In this document: one piece after another, positions 56,581 to 64,000 of the stretch | How the letters are laid out: every line of letters starts with the position of its first letter | How positions within the stretch are numbered: the first letter of the stretch is position 1 | Assembly: GCA_011109175.1 (NCBI GenBank) | Contig: RDEW01000006.1 | Coordinates: 527,281 to 591,280, forward strand | Length of the DNA: 64,000 nucleotides | Source: Dicyema japonicum | Lineage: Eukaryota; Animalia; Dicyemida | Reading direction: 5' to 3' | Translations under genes and position numbers: made by a program | Notes under the pieces: model-generated | What the model was told of the DNA's origin: nothing | The model's database searches: none | What the model saw: the letters and a program-made list of their open reading frames with translations, nothing else

Positions 56581-56639
56581 CATGAATGACCTACAATTGT
56601 ATTTTATTAACCCCGAAATCACGAGAAAGAAAATAAAAG

Positions 56640-57050
56640 TTATCGTCTAATTAAGTGATCCCGATGTCCATACCAGTTTTTTTTCTGCGGTTAGTTTTGG
56701 AGTCCTGCATTAATCTCCAGAGCGGGGAAGGTTTCTTCTCATATCTCGGGCAGGCGTCCATATATAGTTTGATGTGCGGTTCGAGGGAATGGTCAGGGGA
56801 CTTTGCGATCTTGAGGAAGTCCCGGTGACGTTCCGTAAGGTATTCCATAATTGGGGGACGTTTAGTGTTCTCCGCAGTAGCGAGGTTGACGTCTTTTTCG
56901 ACGATCTCAATAAAATCCTGAAACATCGATTTTGTAAAACCTCCAGCTTGCTCTGTGCCGATATTGATAGGGGGCAATCCATGCAGCACAGGCGTACTCG
57001 ATACTAGGTAGAACGAATTGTTTGTATAGAAGTTCTAACGATGGGAGGGA
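56640..57050 (-). mobile_element. I/Nimb-like LINE post-RT fragment
   Basis: 'KLEVLQNRCFRILL..TSTSLLRRTLNVP'. Confidence 0.55.
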
Positions 57051-57514
57051 AGATACTGAGAGTGAGTGTAGGCCTTGAGAATTCCAATTTCTTTTGGATC
57101 CACAATTTTTTATGGGTTCAATAAATCAATAAAATTGACTATCTTATTTGGTCATTTGGCTCACTTTTCAAATAGGCACAAAACTCGTCCTACGATCTAA
57201 AAACATAAAAATCTAATCTCAGCCCTTTCAGAGGAGGTCCGAGAAAAGATTTTCCTCGCAATCCAGAAAGGGAATAGCCACGCAGTTATGGCTGTGCCCC
57301 TAATAATAATAATAGCCTTTTCACAAGAGCCATAGTATTTATAGCTCCGCATAGGCAGGACACACACTTTATTTAAGTAAACATGACTGTGCCCCTCTGA
57401 CTCAAATTTTTTGTTTTTGAGTGGATTATCTCTCTAATAATGACGACTTAAGTTAAATCAACTAAATTTTTGCGTTGAGTTTTTATTTGACTTGAAAAAC
57501 GTAACTAACCCCAT

Positions 57515-58253
57515 TTAATAACTAAAGGTGGAGCATCCACTTTTCTTAAATTTAGCACATATACAAACAAACCAAAATAACGTTTGATCTTGTCTTACTT
57601 TCTTTGCCTTTAGTCTTCCCCCGTTTTCTTTTTTGTTTAATAGGGGAGAAGGATTGTTAGGGACGTCCCATTCAGTTAAACATTGATTTACAAGTTCTTC
57701 TTGCTCAGTTTGAAGTTTCTTTAACTTCTCCAATTCGCGTTCGTAATTGGATCTGTTGTCCTCTCTAATTCTTGTAATCTCCTTTATTTCATTCTCTAGT
57801 TCGTTTATCCTCCTCTCACAGTCTACAATAAATAATTTGTCTCCAACCTTCTGTAGCCATCAAATTTACCCCAAACTGTTCTCTAGTCGACTTTTTTCTG
57901 CGAGAATTTCATTCTTGTCCCATTTTATGGGATAATCATGTTCTTTAATTATTTGGTTTATTTCTAAAGTGTTTTCTTTTTCAAAAATTATTGACATAAT
58001 CAAAAAAGTAATCCAAAAGATCTTCATGGTCCTTTTTCTGCAGAATATGATCTTTCTCAGTCTCCCTTATTTTTGATTTCAGTTCATCTATTAATCTTCG
58101 ACTGAAGTTAATTCTTGTTTGCTGTAAAAGTATTTTATTTTCTAATTTCACCCTGTCCTTAATCTGATTTTTACTGGTTTTATACTTACTAATTCTTTTA
58201 GTTCACTTTCTTTAGATTCAACCTAAATAAAGTTCGATCACCACCTCGTCCAT
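57515..58253 (-). CDS. Unidentified coiled-coil protein, multi-exon
   Basis: E/K-rich heptad exons joined by candidate 22-26 nt GT-AG introns, with an ATG after an AT-rich tract; the central splice path is ambiguous. Confidence 0.45.
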
Positions 58254-58495
58254 ATAAAAATAAATTTATTTTCCCGCCTAATTCAAAAAATAATTTTGAT
58301 TAAAAATGCACAGTTTAAATTTTATTTAAAATCATAAAAAAATCATTCAAATTATCAACTTTATCAATATATTTGGCAGACTTAGAACAAACTTGTTTGA
58401 AAAGATGAAAATCTTTGAAGATTTTGTCACTTTGACTTGAAAAAAATATGAAAACGTTCTTAGCGTGTAATCTAAAAGTACCAAAATCAAAAAAC

Positions 58496-59660
58496 TCAGT
58501 GAATCATGCATTTCATATTTTCCATATTTTTGGAATAAGTGTTTTTGTAAAATGAAATTAGTTGTTTGAGAATAATTTTCCTCGCTGCTTTGTCCTTGTC
58601 CAGAGAGTAATGAAGGGTAAACTTATCTTTTGGTGACAAGTTTATGAGGTTTGTTATAGAACTTAGATTCCAATTGAATTTCTTGAGGGCCCACATGTTG
58701 AGAATCTGAAACAGCTCCACATCGAAACACAAAATTTTCTCATTTTTGTTAGATGTCTCCAAATCACTGAAATAAATAGTTTAATTACAGAAAATAAATT
58801 TCGATGTCAAAGTTAATGTATTCGAAAGTAAAGCTGATAGCCCTTATCGACCCAGATGACTCGGATAGGTCGTCGGACTGATTTTCTACTTTGTGGTGAA
58901 CCTCACACATTTTTACTTCAGGCATAGATAATTTTAGAAGACTTATGAAAGCTTGCCAAATCTAAGAGAATTTAATCTCACTTTATTCGAACAGAAATTG
59001 AACGAGTTGAAATTCTAAATAATAATTATTTTTAATATTTTAATTAATATTTTAAATATTAAATACATTTGAAGAGGGATTTTTCGTCGATATGTGAAGT
59101 TTAAGTGGGTCATTTGAAAAGATTAAACCGTCCGAGAATTCCTCCAGAATTTCCAAATCACAACCAAATTTATTCACTACCAGGGATTCCAGAATCGAAA
59201 ACACGTGATATCGCAGGTTAATATGATGCCCCGGATACAGAAGCAAATGAATTTTCGTTAATTTTTTTGAAAAATAAATCTAAGCTGAAAAACGGTTATT
59301 ACATTATAATTAGGAGGAATTATTTCGAATAAATCATAAATATTATAAAATTGTATTTTAGCGTTGTTCGTCAACTTAAAGTGGCGGGAAATTGGCTGAA
59401 AGACCATCGGTCTGAGATTCAAATCGTATATGTGAAATACCAAAGCCAACAATTTCTAAATAATATTAAATAATCAACTTCTTTGTCTATTCTAAAAAGA
59501 TTAATTTATTCGACTCGCAATTTTTACTATAGAGGATAGCCTACGATCTATAAAATTACCCAAATGTATACCTCCACTGTGAAAGATTTATTTTTTACAT
59601 AAGGTAAGGTTTTAAAGGCTTTTTCATATTCTTACTTCTTTGCCCACATGAACCGCTCTC
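58496..59660 (-). CDS. Probable multi-exon gene, product unidentified
   Basis: Consecutive same-strand ORF pieces with GT..AG micro-intron-like spacers and no TE motifs; the exon chain was not fully resolved. Confidence 0.3.
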
Positions 59661-60159
59661 GGCTACACATTTTAATTTCAAATTTAATTGATAAATTATT
59701 TTATTTTAATATTATTTTTAATTGATTTTTAACTCCTTTAGAGCATAGTAGTTAGTGCCACAGCCCTACCAACCTGGTCGAAGGATTTTTACTTTTCTGT
59801 ACTTTTTCTGCCTTTTAAGAGGCGATACACCTGTCTCAGGAGACGTTCAATGGCTCCATAATTGTGGATATGAATCGACTTGTTGCTTAGAAAGGACTTA
59901 TTTTTCAAGTAGATACTCGTGATAGGTTTTTGTGTTTTTAAAATAAACTGATTTATTTTCAAGTGATATTTCGTGCAAAAGAAGTACGTCACCACTTTAA
60001 CTACTTGGCCTAGTGGACGCAAATTACTTAAATTTATTCCGAAATAGAACGAAACATGAATAATCTGCCAAAAAACAGTGGGAATTACGACGGATTATGG
60101 TGATTCTCAGATGTTGTGAAAACCATCTATTTTATTGTGGGTCTTTGTGTCTTACTTCA

Positions 60160-60720
60160 ATCATTTTCCTGTTTGAAGGCTCAATGCAGTTGGGGTGGGG
60201 ACGTTGATACGAAAGGCTTACATCCACTCTCTTGCCGATGAAGTGCTGGTTGAGCCCCGCGTCACGCAGCCCTCAATGACATCATTTTTCGAGCCCTCAA
60301 GGCCGCGGGATTTTCCGACCAATTGGAACATTTGGGCTTAGACAGAGGCGACGGGAAGAGGCTGGATGGCATGACGTTATTCCCATACTTCGACGGAAAA
60401 TCACTCGTCTGGACGCAACGTGTGTGGACACCTTCTCAGGGGCCAGATCGCTGACGGCGACGCACTCTCCTGGAGACGCAGCCGACCAGGCGGAGGCCAA
60501 GAAAATCCGTAAATACGAATCCCTCGGAGACCAACACCATTTCACCCCCATTGCTGTGGAGACAACTGGAACCGTGGGAGCGAAGACGGGCTTTTTTTAT
60601 CTCCAGCATTGGAAGCAAACTCGCCTCAAAAGGTGTGAGCCACGGTTTATAGTGACTGCCCTGACTGCGTGGCTATTCCCTCTCAGATAGCGAATGAGAT
60701 TTGCTCAAATACCAGCAGCG
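60160..60720 (+). mobile_element. CRE-like retrotransposon 3' part (CCHC + REL)
   Basis: '[33 protein letters not shown]', 'KYESL..FTPIAVETTG' and 'TAWLF'. Confidence 0.85.
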
Positions 60721-61749
60721 CTCACGAGGGTCTCTTGTTTTGATAGTTATTATTATAGCGTTTCCCGATCAATCATTAACAGTGGGATACGGGTAAATAT
60801 ACTTTTGAATATCTTAAAATTCATAATGAGGTCGGATTTTCATTATCCTAAATACCAAGACGAGCAAGAGCTGTCTCAGGATCTTCTATTATATTTTGTA
60901 GGGCCATCAGAACCAGAATTTTCATCAATGACTAATTTTTCTGGAATCTTAAAAGACCCGATATCTTTGATATCTATATTCATTATACAGACAATCTCCA
61001 TGTTCCATTACCTTATCGCCATTTCTCAATTGAGAATTTATCTGCACATGGAAAAACTAAATGTTTCCAGAGGAGGTACTGAAAAGAGAAAATTAAAAAA
61101 AGTTTGTTTTTACCCTTAAAAATTTAGTTACGCTAATGGTAGAGGAAGTTTTTCTTGGATCCTTGAGACCCGACTCAGAATAGATATTGGGCGATAGGAT
61201 GATGGTTCATTTATCGGTATGTTAGGTTTTGAATAGATTTGTGTTCGTGTTTTCACTGATCGGTCAATAAGAGGGGCCAGAGATGGAGATGATAGTGAGA
61301 TGTCAAAGGATGAGGGTTTATCGTTACGTCGAGTAGGTGTTCTTGTGTGGAAAGCGGATCGTTAAGTGTGCAGAGACTATGAAGGTCTTAATTAGCATCT
61401 TCCATCTTTTGTCATGTTTCTGTCCTGTCAATCACAATGGGTGCTTCGCATTGAAGTCACCACATATATCACATTTAGTGATTTGAGAGGAGTGAATCTG
61501 GGAGCACAAAGAGCAGGAACTCAAAGGGGAGATATGCGTGTACCAATATTATTGAAGTCATGGAGTCGGACATTGGTAGCCACAAGTTCGAGATTTCCAT
61601 AGTCAAAGAGCATACTGTAGATATTTTCAGTTATATCATCAAATGGAATTCCGTTGCAAATTACAATGAGAAGGAAAGTGTACTTTTTTTTCAAATACCA
61701 CCACGTCGTCCTAATATACTATGGGTACCGTTCGCCACGTATGAGTTGC

Positions 61750-62150
61750 CCGCTCTTCCTGTCACCTCGACGCGTAAGGATTTCGTCAATTGGTGTCTTG
61801 ACTCCATGTTGTGCTCGACGATAATACTTTTTATGTTTTCTTTAAAAACCACTGATTGAATATAAGCTCTTATTGGCACATCATTCGACAAAACTTTCAA
61901 ATGATTCCTGAAGCTCGTCCTGTCAAAACCACAAGGATAATTCTCACAGGGCTTTATAGTGTGGTCAATTCTCCTGCGAGTAAGTCATACTTGTGTAACT
62001 TTTACACCTCTGTATTCTTGAGTGGTTCTTGTGAGGTGACTCCGACTTCTATAATCACAATTTCATTTTGTCATACACGAAAATGTCCGGATTATTGTGT
62101 TGCACTTTAGTGTCAATCGTAATGAAAGTGTCAACTCGGATTTCCGCCTA
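61750..62150 (-). mobile_element. R4/Dong-like REL endonuclease fragment
   Basis: 'RVDT..HNNPDIFVYDK..IEVGVTS..KYDLLAGEL..RAYIQSVV'. Confidence 0.75.
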
Positions 62151-62440
62151 CTGCGGTCATGACAATCGATCGATCTGAGTGTGTTTTAGAAGATCCGGCC
62201 AGATCAACGTTTCCACCTCCGTAAATGTTTAAAAGCGTAGAGTGAAGTGGTTTTTTCGCAATAGAATCAATCGTCTTTCTCCTGACATTTTTGATAGTCT
62301 TTATAATAACTTGAGTTAGATCAATCTTTTACTTGAAAGATAGAAATCTAGCGATCGTGGTCATATGCGTTTTCTTTGATTTTAATACCCGCGTGATTCC
62401 ATCTTTCTGAGCGAAATAAACGATAATTTTAATTATTATT

Positions 62441-62513
62441 GCTCCTGTGGCCCAGTGGATAAGGCGTGTGCCTCCTAAGTACGAGATCGCGGGTTCGACT
62501 CCCGCCAGGAGCT
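62441..62513 (+). tRNA. tRNA-Arg(CCT)
   Basis: GCTCCTGTGGCCCAGTGGATAAGGCGTGTGCCTCCTAAGTACGAGATCGCGGGTTCGACTCCCGCCAGGAGCT folds as a cloverleaf and is followed by a T-run. Confidence 0.95.
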
Positions 62514-62553
62514 TTTTTTAGTCTAATTTTATTTTGTTTATTTATACTTAATT

Positions 62554-62790
62554 TTAATATACTTTTTTTACAAGAAATAAAAATTTATTAAGGTAATTAA
62601 TAAAAATTAAATTAAGGCATCTGAATGGCCATGCTATTTCCCTAACAATAACCAACGAGATACGTTCTCGGAACCAACCAGTCTCTCGCGGATCCTTGGT
62701 CACAGCTTGAATCATGGAGCCGATCTTACGAACCAACTCATCTGCTTGGGGGCCAAGGATTCCTGACGTTTCCACCGCGAATGGAACAAA
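62554..62790 (-). mobile_element. CRE-like 3' fragment
   Basis: 'FVPFAVETSGILGP..DPRETGWFRERISLVIVR'. Confidence 0.75.
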
Positions 62791-63431
62791 TAGATTTTAA
62801 TATTGTTGTAAAAATAGCCTGGATAAAATAGAGAAATCCTGATATGAATAATTATGACCTTATTATTTCCAAAATCTTATCATTTAATACGGGCGCACGT
62901 GGATGCATTAATGATATTCCCACTTTCTCTATCTGCACTTAGTAAAACCGCAGCCTGGGTGACGGGTCAAGAGAGAATGAAGGCTTTTTCGAGATAAGAC
63001 TCAAAATGTTCAAGATCCTAATAACTTCCCAATGATTTTATTTTTGACTAGTTTGGATAAATAAAGTAAAACTTGCTCAGGTGATCTCTGCAAACGCTGC
63101 GACTATTCGAGCTTTTTTAAGAATAAAAATTAATTTGGTCCTGTAAGAAATGAGGAACGTCTGTTTGTGCGACCAAATCAATCCTCCTGTAGTCCATTGC
63201 AGGCTTCCGCTACAGAAGAGAGGTGGAGACGTAGATCCGCATTCTTCCATTTCTACCACACGTCATACCATCTTGAGCATCACTTCATTCCTGGCGGAAG
63301 AGTTTTCTCAATAGTTATTTTCTCCAGAATACACGGAGAATGAAACATTAAGGAAAATTCTTTAATGGATTCAGAAAATAGAGATAATTGCAAAACATAA
63401 GACCTGTATACAAAAAAATGTTTCTCTAACG

Positions 63432-64000
63432 CAGAGCTTTTCAAAAAATAATTCTCGCGGCACACTAATCGTAAAAAAATAATCCACGGCACACATTAAA
63501 AAAATTTAAGATGTGTAAAACTAAGTACAAAAATTGGTAATTTAATGCCCGAATTATTATTAATAAAAAAATGAATTTTTAATTATTATTGTTTTTGCAT
63601 ATATCATCAATATCAGGTCGAATGGGTGACAAAGCACCCGCATTTCAGCACAAATCCGACGAGAAACAGTATTATCTGACAAAGGTATCTTCATTATTTT
63701 TTGTTCATATGTATGACCAACATAATCCGAGCAATAATACGACAAGCAGGGATTATCAAGTTTTCGCCAATAATGTGAGGTTTTAGTTGTTTTGCTATCA
63801 ATTTTGAGATCAGGTATGAACATTCCAATGATTCCTTTGTGTTTAAAAAAGTTTCACTGAACGTAATTTGAATAGATCTACGATTCATAATAAAAACCAA
63901 ATAATACTTAAGTTGTTTTTTAAATGGATAAAATAATCCACAGATTTTTCGGAATAGTCCGGATGCTTGGAAGTAAAATGTCTCTTTAGTTTGCTAGGTA
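63432..64000 (-). mobile_element. Buster/Charlie-type hAT deletion derivative (continues beyond the window)
   Basis: 'CSYLISKLIAKQLKPHIIGENLIIPAC' and 'KIPLSDNTVSRRI'; terminus CAGAGCTTTTCAAA..CGCGGCACAC at 63432. Confidence 0.8.

Noticed and set aside
58496-59660. POP1-like identity for this gene
   Set aside because: The resemblance is only vague, and the diagnostic POP1 motifs were not found.
60694-61119. 141-aa ORF
   Set aside because: It starts inside a CRE relic, has no ATG context or recognisable motif, and is probably spurious.

Overview
AT-rich eukaryotic nuclear DNA from a compact, probably animal and parasite-type genome. Genes are interrupted by many ultra-short GT-AG introns, mostly 21-26 nt. 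This style has been reported for dicyemid mesozoans, and a myxozoan is the alternative; the taxon is inferred, not shown. About ten host genes can be reconstructed by eye: EXOC8/Exo84-like, RPL26, gluconokinase, HAUS6-like, STK11/LKB1-like kinase, WDR81-like BEACH/WD40, an LRR protein, an SLC35B1-like transporter, a Piwi-clade Argonaute and a few unidentified ones. There are also tRNA-Trp(CCA) and tRNA-Arg(CCT) genes. These sit among dense transposon debris: RTE-like, R4/Dong-like, CRE-like and I/Nimb-like non-LTR retrotransposons, plus hAT/Buster, MULE and pogo/Tigger DNA transposons. The most notable observations are a Piwi protein lacking its slicer catalytic residues, an RTE-like LINE with an exact twin-priming 5' inversion bounded by a 9-bp TSD, a foldback element with tandem-repeat arms and a TA TSD, microsporidian-looking R4/Dong elements, and an unclassified multicopy decayed coding family. 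All homology calls come from recognising motifs; no searches were run. A few single-base frameshifts in conserved genes suggest assembly indels. Boundaries of decayed elements are approximate.
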